Shown here in pieces: positions 39,386 to 48,894 of a stretch of 64,000 nt of DNA. The position numbers and the translations under genes were made by a program. The notes below the pieces were generated by a model. That model saw only the letters and a list, made by a program, of their open reading frames with translations. It was not told where the DNA came from and did not search any database. Every line of letters starts with the position of its first letter. Position 1 is the first letter of the stretch. The stretch is from Candidatus Bathyarchaeota archaeon (GTDB lineage: Archaea; Thermoproteota; Bathyarchaeia; Bathyarchaeales; Bathycorpusculaceae), in the NCBI GenBank assembly GCA_963702095.1, contig OY969706.1, positions 864,001 to 928,000 on the forward strand. The letters are read 5' to 3'.

Positions 39386-40567
39386 ATGGCAATGTCAACT
39401 ACAGTTAAAGATGTCTATTCTCAGCAATTCAACACCGTTTTAGAAAACGATAGCGCCTCAAAATGCTTGGAGGCCTTCAAGAAGGGAATGCCGCCGGTGT
39501 TGGCTGTTCTCGACGACCGAGAAAACTATGTGGGGATGGTAAGTCGACGATCGGTTATTAGGACACGCTTGGACTTAAGTCGGCTTAAAGTTAAGAGTCT
39601 AATGATGGCTGCGCCCGAGGTTGCCTTAGGCGAATCGCTTAGCCGCGTAGCTAAACTAATGATCGGCAGCGGTGTGCGGCAGCTTCCTGTTTTCGAGAAG
39701 AACAAGATTGTAGGATTCATAACTGACGAAGCAGTCATCCACTCAGTTGTCGATGCACAATGGGGCAAAAGCTCCGTTGACACAATTATGACCCGTGCCC
39801 CACACACAATGGAAGCTAACCGCAGCGTAGGCGCAGTGTTGGGTGTAATGCGGGAATACGGCGTATCCCATGTGCCAATAATGGAGAGGGGACGCCTTGC
39901 AGGGGTAATAAGTGTTCAGGACATTTTGCAGAGCCTCTATTTTCCGCCTAAACGCATGGGCAACAACGACTTGGCAGGTGACCGCATCGACACGTTGGGC
40001 GTCGCCGCTAAAGGCATCATGAGCAGCCCAGTAATCACTGTTGACCCCAAAAAGAACCTGCGGGACTGCGAAGCACTGATGCATAAACATGACATCTCCT
40101 GCCTCTGCGTAGTCAACGACGAACGCTTAGTAGGCATTGCCACTAAACTAGACTTTCTCGAGCCCATCAGCCAACTGGAAACAGCCGAGCGACGCTTAAC
40201 CATACAGTTCGGCGTCAAAGAAGTCGACGTTAGCCCCGACCAACAACAGTACATACTATCAGAATTCGATTCGTTCGCACGCCGCTTCCAAGAAGCTTTC
40301 CAGCTGGGGTCACTGTTCGTTTACATGAAAACCCACCGGGGAACCAACATGCGTGAAACCCCAATGGTCCATTGCCGACTACAATTCAGAACGACACGTG
40401 GAAGCTTTTTTGCTGCCAGCGAAGGCTGGGGCGTGGAACCTACCTTCAAAGTGGCGTTGGACCGTCTTGAACGGCGGCTGCTGCGCAGTAAAGAGTTGCT
40501 TGCTTACAACCCGCGGTACGCAAGGGATTATCTGCGTGTAATCGGGTTGCCATCTGAGGAAGAATGA
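39386..40567 (+). CDS. 4x CBS domain protein with C-terminal HPF/RaiA-like domain (candidate ribosome hibernation factor)
   Basis: Four CBS repeats, then ..LFVYMK..VHCRLQFRTTRGSFFAASEGW..ALDRLERRL. Confidence 0.8.
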   Translation: MAMSTTVKDVYSQQFNTVLENDSASKCLEAFKKGMPPVLAVLDDRENYVGMVSRRSVIRTRLDLSRLKVKSLMMAAPEVALGESLSRVAKLMIGSGVRQLPVFEKNKIVGFITDEAVIHSVVDAQWGKSSVDTIMTRAPHTMEANRSVGAVLGVMREYGVSHVPIMERGRLAGVISVQDILQSLYFPPKRMGNNDLAGDRIDTLGVAAKGIMSSPVITVDPKKNLRDCEALMHKHDISCLCVVNDERLVGIATKLDFLEPISQLETAERRLTIQFGVKEVDVSPDQQQYILSEFDSFARRFQEAFQLGSLFVYMKTHRGTNMRETPMVHCRLQFRTTRGSFFAASEGWGVEPTFKVALDRLERRLLRSKELLAYNPRYARDYLRVIGLPSEEE

Positions 40568-40625
40568 GCCTCTTCCACCCATTTTTTGGGAATCATTCCT
40601 TGTTTGTGGCTGTTATTGTTTTTTG

Positions 40626-40760
40626 TTTTTCTAGTTTAAGAAGAAGAGAGTGTCGCCCTTGCTCATCATCTTCTTGCGGGTTATTCAGGCGGTTGCGTTT
40701 TAGGTTCTGCAAAGCCAGTGGGATGCAAATTTGTTGCGGAAGTGGTGGAGAGGGATAAGG
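40626..40760 (-). repeat. Dispersed 135-nt repeat, copy 5 (subfamily A, 5' end eroded)
   Basis: Minus strand ...CCGCAAC..TGCATCCCACTGGCTTTGCAGAA...AGAAGATGATGAGCAAGGG...CTTAAACTAGAAAAA. Confidence 0.8.
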
Positions 40761-40961
40761 GTTTTTTCGTCAAGAAATCTTGACTTAACACAAAAGAGCG
40801 GATAGCAAATTTAGAGGCGAAATAACTTGGGGTTGACAGCCGAGTAGCGCTACAGTTGCTTTACTTTTCATGAAGCATCGATTAGTTCTAAGGCATGCTT
40901 GCTTAGAGGGGCCTTCGCAAAAGAACCCCTAACTAACCACTGATTGGGAATTCTCGGTTTC

Positions 40962-41060
40962 TTAGTAGAACGATTACTGATGGCATTTTTCATGTGTAAT
41001 CACCAACTTTTTCCTTTAATTACACTCGACCTATTTTTGACAGACCAAAATGTTGCATGA
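40962..41060 (-). pseudogene. Decayed tandem duplicate of the zinc-finger microprotein
   Basis: Minus frame CNILVCQK*VECN*RKKLVITHEKCHQ*SFY* versus intact ..CLICHK..RHEECYQRSFY*; TTAGTAGAACGA shared at 40962 and 41101. Confidence 0.5.
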
Positions 41061-41100
41061 AAGAAAGGATTTAGCCCAACCATGGTGCGGGTCCTGGCTT

Positions 41101-41271
41101 TTAGTAGAACGAGCGTTGGTAGCATTCCTCGTGGCGGAGAGCGGTGCATTTTCGGGTTGCTACACGTTGCCCCTCAAGGATGGGTTTGTGGCATATGAGG
41201 CAGTTTAGGTTTCCTTTCTTCTGGATTCGGATTATGTGACGGTGAGTCAAGACGTAATGGTTTGTGGTCAT
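41101..41271 (-). CDS. 56-aa zinc-finger microprotein (CxxC...HxxC)
   Basis: Below the ORF-track cutoff: MTTNHYVLTHRHIIRIQKKGNLNCLICHKPILEGQRVATRKCTALRHEECYQRSFY; GTGAGTGA RBS-like sequence upstream. Confidence 0.7.
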   Translation of the reverse strand: MTTNHYVLTHRHIIRIQKKGNLNCLICHKPILEGQRVATRKCTALRHEECYQRSFY

Positions 41272-41320
41272 ATCACTCACTATGAAAAAACGTGCCCTCT
41301 AATCCAGTAAAAGCGTTTTT

Positions 41321-41361
41321 GTCAAGGTTTCTGGACTAAGAGTTAGTCCATTTTTCTTGAC
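41321..41361. promoter_or_regulatory. Palindromic operator candidate in the divergent promoter
   Basis: TGGACTAA-GAG-TTAGTCCA (41332-41350) nested within GTCAAG...CTTGAC. Confidence 0.45.
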
Positions 41362-41422
41362 TAAACTTTCTCCATGGAGGCGAAGCTTTTTGTCTTCATA
41401 CACAGCATAATAAACGTAGTGT

Positions 41423-42313
41423 TTGACGGTGCCGTTGATTTCAAGCTTTGACCCTTGGCGTTCAGGCCTCTGCACATGCCCCCAAAAGCTGACTTTTAAC
41501 CCCTACACTGGCTGCGACCACCAATGCATCTACTGCTATGCCACAAGCTACATCCCCAACCACAGAGACATCCACCCCAAAAAAGACTTGCTAACCCAAC
41601 TCAAGCGGGAAGCAGCTAAACTCAAAGGCGAAACCATCTCACTCTGCAACTCATCTGACCCCTACCCCCGCATGGAAGCATCTGAGGGTTTGACGCGGCG
41701 TTGCCTCGAAATCCTCTCGGAAGCTAACTGCCGAATCCAAATCATAACCAAAAGCAACCTTGTCACCCGCGACGACGACATCCTCAGCAAGGTGCCCGCG
41801 ACGGTTGCGTTGACCATAACCACAAACGACGAGGGTCTCGCCAAGAAACTGGAGCCCCACGCACCCACGCCGAACCAGCGCATCCGAGCCGCACAGGACC
41901 TAATCAAAGCAGGCATCCCCGTCACCGTGCGCATTGACCCCATCATCCCCAACATAAACGACCAGCCCCAAACACTCATCGCCGAATTAGCTGCCATAGG
42001 CGTCAAACACATAACCGCCTCCACCTACAAAGCCAAACCAGACAATTGGGCACGACTGTCAGCAGCGTTTCCCCATCAAGCGGGAATCCTTAAGCCCCTC
42101 TACTTCCAGTTGGGCGAACGCGTGGGCGGCAGCGTCCTTTTGCCCAGAGAAACCCGTTTTAAACTGCTCAAGAGCACCCGCGACTCAGCCGAGGCTTATG
42201 GCATGAAATTTGGGGTTTGCCGCGAAGGACTGCAGCAACTTAACACTGCCGCCTGCGACGGCTCATGGCTCATGCCCAAACCTAAGGAGGACAAGCAATG
42301 CAGAATCGCGTGA
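41423..42313 (+). CDS. SplB-like radical SAM DNA-repair protein
   Basis: NPYTGCDHQCIYCYA, SDPYP..E..LTR, ITKS, LEP.AP..R and RIDPIIP motifs. Confidence 0.85.
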   Translation: MTVPLISSFDPWRSGLCTCPQKLTFNPYTGCDHQCIYCYATSYIPNHRDIHPKKDLLTQLKREAAKLKGETISLCNSSDPYPRMEASEGLTRRCLEILSEANCRIQIITKSNLVTRDDDILSKVPATVALTITTNDEGLAKKLEPHAPTPNQRIRAAQDLIKAGIPVTVRIDPIIPNINDQPQTLIAELAAIGVKHITASTYKAKPDNWARLSAAFPHQAGILKPLYFQLGERVGGSVLLPRETRFKLLKSTRDSAEAYGMKFGVCREGLQQLNTAACDGSWLMPKPKEDKQCRIA

Positions 42314-43398
42314 TCTTCCTCGCTGATTTCGACTATTTCTTTGCCCAATGCGAGGAACTGCGCAACCCAGCCATCAAAGACAAACCCATCGTCGTCGGCG
42401 TCTACTCAGGGCGTACCGAAGAAAGTGGCGCTGTGAGCACAAGCAACTATGTCGCCCGCGAATACGGCGTCAAATCCGGCTTGCCCTTGTTCCTGGCGAA
42501 GCGCAAGCTGGAAGGCACAGATGCAGTGTTCTTCAAAGTGGACCACGAATACTACGACGACATCAGCAACCGCATCATGGACATTTTCCGTGGGTACGCG
42601 TCGGTTTTGGAGCAGGTCAGCGTGGACGAAGCGTATCTGGATGTGACTGAGCAGGTGGCGGGTAGCTTCGAGAAAGCCCGCGACTACGCCCAGAAGATTA
42701 AAGCGGACGTTAAGGCGCAAGTGGGCATCTCATTCACCATCGGAGTCGGCCCCAACAAACTTGTCGCCAAAATCGCCTGCGACAGCCAAAAACCCGACGG
42801 CTTAACCATCGTCCGCCCCGAAGAGGCACAGGCTTTCTTGTCGCCGCTCCCCGTTGACAGTCTCTTAGGCGTAGGCAAGAAGACTACGGTGCGGATGGAG
42901 CAGATGGGCATAAAAACCATCGCTGATCTCGCCGAATACGATTGCCAACGCTTAGTCGAAGTCTTCGGCAAAATCTTGGGCGTATACTTTCACAACGCTG
43001 CCAACGCCGTCGATAACGAACCCGTGGTAGAGCAGGGGGAAGCGGAATCCATCAGCAAGATCGGCACCCTAAAGCAGGATACGCATGACTTGGAGTTCAT
43101 CATGCAGAAATGCGAAGAGTTAACAGAGTATGTCTACAAGGAAGTCCAAGCTAAAGTCTACAGTTTCAAAACAGTCTCAATTTACGTGGTGAACGTTGAT
43201 TTAAGCAGCAAAAGCCGCAGCATCACCCTCGAACAACCCGCCAAAGACAAAGAGTCCATCACACGCAACGTTCGCATGCTCTTCGAGAAATACCTTGACG
43301 AGTCGCCGATGGAAATCCGGCGCGTCGGCGTCCGTGTCTCAGGCTTCGGCAAAGAGGAGCCTAAACAAAAGCAGCTTACCAGCTTTTTCTATTCTTGA
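42298..43398 (+). CDS. dinB: Y-family DNA polymerase IV (DinB/Dpo4)
   Basis: ADFDYFFAQ, SNYVAREYGVKSG, SVDEAYLD, NKLVAKIA..KPDG and RRVGV motifs. Confidence 0.95.
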   Translation: MQNRVIFLADFDYFFAQCEELRNPAIKDKPIVVGVYSGRTEESGAVSTSNYVAREYGVKSGLPLFLAKRKLEGTDAVFFKVDHEYYDDISNRIMDIFRGYASVLEQVSVDEAYLDVTEQVAGSFEKARDYAQKIKADVKAQVGISFTIGVGPNKLVAKIACDSQKPDGLTIVRPEEAQAFLSPLPVDSLLGVGKKTTVRMEQMGIKTIADLAEYDCQRLVEVFGKILGVYFHNAANAVDNEPVVEQGEAESISKIGTLKQDTHDLEFIMQKCEELTEYVYKEVQAKVYSFKTVSIYVVNVDLSSKSRSITLEQPAKDKESITRNVRMLFEKYLDESPMEIRRVGVRVSGFGKEEPKQKQLTSFFYS

Positions 43399-44715
43399 CT
43401 TAAAATGCCTCCTAAAAAACAAGGCGAATGCTGCTAAAAGGACGGCTATAATGATTGATACTGCACCTATTACTACGATAGTATTCGCTGGGATGTCGAT
43501 TGGAAATACTGGCGAGTTGGTTACATTTGGCGATGGTGGAGGAGGGAGAAGCGAAGGGCTTGCAAGGGGCGTAGGCAGAGATGCCTGCACTTCCATCAAA
43601 TACCAATAGGACGGATAACCGATGTCCCAGCCGCCCCAGTAGCCGCCTACCACCAGATCACCGTTTCGGGTTTCAATCACGTTGGGGGTGAAGTAGCCAT
43701 CTGATTGAGACCCGTACGTCTGAGACCACTGCACGTTTCCTGAAGAATCCGTTTCGATAAGGCAAACAAGTGGACCCCAATTCTCAGTCCTACCTTGTTC
43801 ACCGCCAAAAACAAAGTGACCATTGCCTAACTCGATAATTGACGTTACCGCTGTGTCAAACTCCTTTGCCCACTGCACACTCCCGTTTTGATCGATTTTG
43901 GTAACAATTGGTGTTCCACCCGAGCCAAATGAATCCGCCAGGATGTAGCCTCCGTCACTGGTCTGGATTAAAACCGGCGAGACGCCGTATTGACCAGTAA
44001 AATTCACGTTCCAGAATACTTTCCCTGATAAATCAATTTTTGAAAGGACCATGCTTCCGGAGTACGCATACTGTTGGGTTAGGTTTTTGGGGTATACAGT
44101 TCCGGCTGCAATGTAATCCCCGTCAGAGGTTGGTATGAGTTTCGCTAAGCCTCCTGACCAGGGCATCTGGCAAGTTCTATTCCATTGTAGGTTACCTTCC
44201 GCGTCGGTCTTAACAAACCAAAGATTCTGCTCAGCGGACCCAGCTAAAACATAACCGTCATCGCTTGTATGCGTAACCGATTCCATGTAACCGTAAGTTT
44301 GAAACGCATGGCTCCATTGGACGTTGCCGTTTGAATCTAATTTTATAAGGGAAGAGGTTTCAAGCATGTACCCGTCGTCGGCTGTCTCGAATAAACCGTA
44401 AACTTCGTCAGTGTTGAAAGCCCTTTGCCACTCAACCTGTCCAGTACTATTGGTTTTGAATAAATCGCACGATGGACTGGCCGTATGAAAATATGCATAA
44501 TTGCGTGTTGCGTTTATGACTACAAAAGCATATCCGCCGTCGCTTGTCTGTATGAGCTCCTTAACTGAGCTGCTTACGCCGCCGGTTGATCCATAAAGCT
44601 CAGCCCATAAAGTTGGATGAGCACCTGCACCTTGAACTAGACCGTAATTTACTGTTGGGGCTAGCAGTAAAAATATTGCCAAGATGACTAAAAAACAACT
44701 TTTCCTGTTTGTCAT
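43339..44715 (-). CDS. Secreted repeat (QTSDGGY, beta-propeller-like) surface protein with C-terminal TM
   Basis: Signal peptide, repeated TSDGGY..K.D.NG..QW units, Pro-rich linker, TM; 60-nt convergent overlap with dinB. Confidence 0.8.
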   Translation of the reverse strand: MTNRKSCFLVILAIFLLLAPTVNYGLVQGAGAHPTLWAELYGSTGGVSSSVKELIQTSDGGYAFVVINATRNYAYFHTASPSCDLFKTNSTGQVEWQRAFNTDEVYGLFETADDGYMLETSSLIKLDSNGNVQWSHAFQTYGYMESVTHTSDDGYVLAGSAEQNLWFVKTDAEGNLQWNRTCQMPWSGGLAKLIPTSDGDYIAAGTVYPKNLTQQYAYSGSMVLSKIDLSGKVFWNVNFTGQYGVSPVLIQTSDGGYILADSFGSGGTPIVTKIDQNGSVQWAKEFDTAVTSIIELGNGHFVFGGEQGRTENWGPLVCLIETDSSGNVQWSQTYGSQSDGYFTPNVIETRNGDLVVGGYWGGWDIGYPSYWYLMEVQASLPTPLASPSLLPPPPSPNVTNSPVFPIDIPANTIVVIGAVSIIIAVLLAAFALFFRRHFKSRIEKAGKLLLFRLLFAEA

Positions 44716-44818
44716 TGAATACAGTTAGCAACCCCCAGCTTAAATCGTTAACTTAGCCCAAAGGCGATGAAACAAAACTTTTTTCTTTTCGAAACCGCAT
44801 TGATAGGCAGGGATAATT

Positions 44819-45409
44819 TTGGCGTATGATTTAAAGAAGCGGCTTCCGCCTGACCAGGAACCCACCGATCACCTTCTGCGCTGGGGCACCGAGCACCCCG
44901 GCATAACCAGCACAAACCCCCAAATCAAACTCGAAACCTACACTTTGACCGTTGAGGGCGAAGTCGACAACCCAGTCACGCTTAGCTGGAAAGACTTTCT
45001 TGCGCTGCCCCAAACCGTCTCAGTCAGCGATTTCCATTGCGTAGAGGGCTGGAGCGTTTTGGATTGCAAATGGGAAGGCGTCCGCATCAGCAACATCGAG
45101 CGATTGGTGAAGCCAAGGGCGGTGGCGCGGGCGGTGACTTTTGAATGCGCCGACAACTACATCACTTCGTTGTTCCGTGAGGAGTTGGCTGGGGATGATG
45201 TGTTGTTGGTGCATAGGCTTAACGGTGAGCCTTTGGAGGAGGGGTTGGGGTTTCCGGTGCGGTTGATTGTGCCCCAAAAGTATGCTTACAAGAGTGCGTT
45301 GTGGGTTGTGAAGTTGCGGTTTACCCGTGGTAAGGAGCTTGGGTTTTGGGAGCGGCGGGGTTACAGTGACAGCGCCGATGTGTGGAAGAATGACCGGTTC
45401 AGGCGTTGA
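44819..45409 (+). CDS. Sulfite oxidase-like molybdopterin-binding oxidoreductase
   Basis: LPP.Q, DFHCVEGWS, WEGV, GFPVRLIVP..YAYKSA.W and GFWE.RGY motifs. Confidence 0.9.
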   Translation: MAYDLKKRLPPDQEPTDHLLRWGTEHPGITSTNPQIKLETYTLTVEGEVDNPVTLSWKDFLALPQTVSVSDFHCVEGWSVLDCKWEGVRISNIERLVKPRAVARAVTFECADNYITSLFREELAGDDVLLVHRLNGEPLEEGLGFPVRLIVPQKYAYKSALWVVKLRFTRGKELGFWERRGYSDSADVWKNDRFRR

Positions 45410-45557
45410 GTGGGGCTGTTTTGTTTAAGTCACCGCGGGTGAAGTGGATGGGTGTTTTGCAACGGTTTTTGGGGTGATAAGACTGTTTTTTAAGCAACAG
45501 CATAACGTTTATAAGCAGACAGCGCTACATGGTTTGATTCTTGTGAGGTTGAAGAAT

Positions 45558-45686
45558 ATGTCTCAGAAAAAAGCAGCGCAACTAAACAGCCACGTCACAC
45601 CCGTAGCAGTGATTGCGTCAGTAGCTGTGCCTGCAGTAAAACGAAAAGAACAAGCAAAAGAAGCTCTATACATAACCAGAATCTAA
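45558..45686 (+). CDS. 42-aa hypothetical microprotein
   Basis: TTTATAAG TATA at ~45508 and GAGG RBS, then MSQKKAAQLNSHVTPVAVIASVAVPAVKRKEQAKEALYITRI. Confidence 0.5.
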   Translation: MSQKKAAQLNSHVTPVAVIASVAVPAVKRKEQAKEALYITRI

Positions 45687-45902
45687 ACATCGACTACCCT
45701 AAATTGCGGATAGCCTACTTTTAGACAACATATCTTAATGTACTGGTAGATTTCCATTTTTAAGAGTGTACCACACTGGAAATTGGGTCTGTATCGAAGA
45801 AAACACCACCGTCATATGTGTTAAACAGGTGCTCCAAAGAGTCGTTGCATTGAATTCTTTTTATAGGCGATACTTATCGTTAACCTAAGAGGCAAAGCGC
45901 CA

Positions 45903-46358
45903 ATGGACTATACAGAAGCTAATATAGGAAGAATCTTCATCCTAAGACTCCAACAAGACGAAGTCCTACATGAAGAAATAGAGAAATTCGCAGCTCAAAA
46001 ACAAATCAAAAGCGGCTTATGCTTTTTCCTAGGCGGCGCAGACGACCTAAGCAAAGTGGTTGTTGGACCCAGAGACGGTAAAGTCATGCCGCCCGAACCC
46101 ATGGCAACCATCCTCCAAGGAGCGCACGAAGGTGTTGGTGTAGGCACCATCTTTGTTAACGAATCTGGGAAACCCAAGTTGCATATGCATGCCAGTTTTG
46201 GCAGGGAAGATTGTGCAGTGACGGGTTGTGTGCGTATGGGTGTGGAGGTTTGGCAGGTCGGTGAAGTCGTCATTTTAGAGTTAGCTGATTGCGCAGCGCG
46301 GCGGGCTAAGGATAGGCAGACTGGTTTTGAGTTGCTGCAAACGCGGGCGTTATCCTAG
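45903..46358 (+). CDS. PPC/DUF296 domain protein
   Basis: GRIFILRL, GVGTIF, LHMHASFG and EVVILEL motifs. Confidence 0.85.
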   Translation: MDYTEANIGRIFILRLQQDEVLHEEIEKFAAQKQIKSGLCFFLGGADDLSKVVVGPRDGKVMPPEPMATILQGAHEGVGVGTIFVNESGKPKLHMHASFGREDCAVTGCVRMGVEVWQVGEVVILELADCAARRAKDRQTGFELLQTRALS

Positions 46359-48059
46359 GAAGCGGACGAGGAAGATTCTGTAGCCGTACCAACCGTAGTA
46401 GTCACCCCAAAACGGCCTATCATGAGGGTCGTCGAAGCGTGAAGTATTGTAAATCATAGTTTGAACTTGCGTATAATCAAGTGTTGAATTGAAAAATGTG
46501 TTATGCAATCCGAAGTCATAGAGTATTATGTATTTGACGTTTCTCTGGACGCAGAGGTCAGTGAATTCGGTTATGTTGAAGTTGGGCGTAAATGAGTCGA
46601 CTGCTAAGGCGGGGTACTGCCAGATTTGGTCGCTGGACATGTTTGCGGGCAAATAGAAGCGGAACATGTCTTGGCTGAGCAGGTTAAAGCTGCAGACAAG
46701 CACAGCCGACTGGTTAGCGTCTAAGTGGTTTACAAGGTATTGGGTGGCTTGTTTTATGGGTATTTGGATTTGGTCCCGAACAGTCATCTGGTAAGCTTCA
46801 TACCCGCTGTACGCCACTGCCCCAACGATGATGGCGATGAAAGCGATTGAAGCAAACTTCTTGAGCCGTGCCCCAGTAACTCCGATTTGCGGCGGCTTCC
46901 ACGCGTGGACTTTACCATAGAGGAACATGATGAAGCAGGCGGCTGCAACAGCCAAAATGGGGAACAGCGGCGTCACGTAGCGCCATTGCCGATTAGGAAT
47001 CAACGTGAAAAACACGTAAATCACCAGAAACCAGGTTAAAAAGAAAATGTCCTGTTTGCTTCGGCGGTAGGCAAACAAGCCCAGTCCACACAACCCCAGA
47101 ATGAAGATAGGTAAAGCGATGGGGTGCACGGGTATGTCGTTGAAGGGCCACGCCATCTCGACTAGGTAGTAGATGGGCAAGGGTTGGAAGCGGTTGCTGT
47201 AGGCTGGTCGGTCCTGTCCGCCTTCGGTCATGACGTACTGGAGGGTTTGGAATTTGGTTATGCCGTCGTAGTGGTAGATCATCAGAAACCAAGGCGACAC
47301 AACCAACACCACGATGACGACTATGAGTAGGAATTTGGCTAAGTTGATTTTAAGCCGTTTTCGGCACAGAAATAGGATACTGAGCAGCATCGCTATTGCG
47401 GCAACAATGAGTTGATATTTTGCCAAAACGCCGATGCCCAAAGCTAAACCCGCAAAGACAAGTGCCTTGTAGCTGGTGTCTTTGTTTAGCCAAGTGTAGA
47501 AGGCAAACATGGATAGTGTGAAGAAGAAAATAAGCATGGTTTCCAGCATGGTTACGCGGCTAAGCCAGAAGAACCCCGGCATTGTACCCAACAGGACGCT
47601 GGCGATTAACGCGTTTCTTTTTCCGTAGGTGCGTTTGGTGAATTCAAACAGCAGTGCGATTGAGAGCACCGCGAAGGTTACGGCGACGAGGCGACCAGCA
47701 ACTTCATTGACGCCGAGTACGCTGAAGAAAGCAGTGGTTACCAGGTCGAAGACGGGGGGGTAGTAGCCGTAGGTGGTCATGTAATCCCATGTTTGCCCAC
47801 GCAGCAAAAGGGTGCCGCCGAAGAGGTGGGGCATTTCATCCCACTGCACCGACATGTAGCCGATGCCATAGGTTGCTGCCACAACAAAAACAACGATGAA
47901 CGCCAGCAGTAACAAGCGGTATTTATGCTTCTCCGCAAACCCTTTTTTCCCTGTAAGTTGACCGCTACTGCTGGAATGTTGGCTTATGGTTTGCGCCCTC
48001 CCCACTTTAGGTTCAATGTTAGGGTCTGCTTCTAAAAAGAGTTTGCGATAAACCAACAA
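46350..48059 (-). CDS. ArnT/GT39-like GT-C glycosyltransferase
   Basis: WDE, YPP, GRLV..F, SRVTMLE, LAKY and RYVTP motifs; multi-TM. Confidence 0.85.
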   Translation of the reverse strand: MLVYRKLFLEADPNIEPKVGRAQTISQHSSSSGQLTGKKGFAEKHKYRLLLLAFIVVFVVAATYGIGYMSVQWDEMPHLFGGTLLLRGQTWDYMTTYGYYPPVFDLVTTAFFSVLGVNEVAGRLVAVTFAVLSIALLFEFTKRTYGKRNALIASVLLGTMPGFFWLSRVTMLETMLIFFFTLSMFAFYTWLNKDTSYKALVFAGLALGIGVLAKYQLIVAAIAMLLSILFLCRKRLKINLAKFLLIVVIVVLVVSPWFLMIYHYDGITKFQTLQYVMTEGGQDRPAYSNRFQPLPIYYLVEMAWPFNDIPVHPIALPIFILGLCGLGLFAYRRSKQDIFFLTWFLVIYVFFTLIPNRQWRYVTPLFPILAVAAACFIMFLYGKVHAWKPPQIGVTGARLKKFASIAFIAIIVGAVAYSGYEAYQMTVRDQIQIPIKQATQYLVNHLDANQSAVLVCSFNLLSQDMFRFYLPANMSSDQIWQYPALAVDSFTPNFNITEFTDLCVQRNVKYIILYDFGLHNTFFNSTLDYTQVQTMIYNTSRFDDPHDRPFWGDYYGWYGYRIFLVRFLG

Positions 48060-48151
48060 TAGTAGAGCCCTATATAGTTAAGTGATATACGGAAGTCATT
48101 TATGGGTAAGAAACATTTGTTCTTCAAGCTCTCCAGACGGTTGAATATCCC

Positions 48152-48883
48152 TTGAAAAACCTCCAGCCCACCAAAGAACTCTCCATTCTGCTGCCCGCCT
48201 TCAACGAAGCACAGCAGATTGAACGGTGCGTGCGGGAGGTGGAGACGGCTGTTAGGGGTTTTTTGGATTCCTACGAGATCCTCGTTTCTGAGGATGGCAG
48301 CACCGACGGAACCGACGCCATCGTCTCGAAAATGGCGCAGTTCAACCCAAACCTGCACCTGCTCCACTCCAAAGACCGCTTAGGCAAAGGCAGAGCAATC
48401 AAAAACGCGCTGGCCCAATCACGCGGCAGAGTCATCGTTTTCATGGACGTGGACTTAGCCACCGATCTCAAATGCCTCCCTGACCTCCTGCAGGCGGTTA
48501 AGCGTAATGGCGGCATGGCTATTGGGTCACGGCATGTCCATGGCGCCTCCGTGCAGCGTCGAACCAGCCGAACCATATTCAGCTTAACCTACAACGCCTT
48601 CGTCGGATTACTCTTCATGGACGGCATACGTGACCACCAATGCGGCTTCAAAATGATGACTCGCCAGGTCGCCGAAACCGTGTTGGGCTTCTCTAAATCC
48701 GACGGTTACTTCTTCGACACCGAAATGATTGTGCGGTGTAAACAGTTGGGGTATCCGGTGGAGGAAGTGGCGGTGCAGTGGATGGAGAAGGGCAAAGGCG
48801 CCAACTCAAAAGTAAACCCCATGCGTGACGGCAGAAAAATCGGGTTGGAAATGCTGTCGTTTAGGCTCAACCGCTCCAAATAG
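48152..48883 (+). CDS. Dolichyl-phosphate glycosyltransferase (ALG5/AglD-like GT2)
   Basis: PAFNE, EDGSTDGT, GKG, MDVDLA, DHQCGFK and FFDTE motifs. Confidence 0.9.
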   Translation: MKNLQPTKELSILLPAFNEAQQIERCVREVETAVRGFLDSYEILVSEDGSTDGTDAIVSKMAQFNPNLHLLHSKDRLGKGRAIKNALAQSRGRVIVFMDVDLATDLKCLPDLLQAVKRNGGMAIGSRHVHGASVQRRTSRTIFSLTYNAFVGLLFMDGIRDHQCGFKMMTRQVAETVLGFSKSDGYFFDTEMIVRCKQLGYPVEEVAVQWMEKGKGANSKVNPMRDGRKIGLEMLSFRLNRSK

Positions 48884-48894
48884 GCGGGTAGGGT

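Noticed and set aside
41080-41095. TGGTGCGGG resembling a reverse tRNA 3' end (att site)
   Set aside because: No T-arm or remainder of a tRNA, and no integrase nearby.
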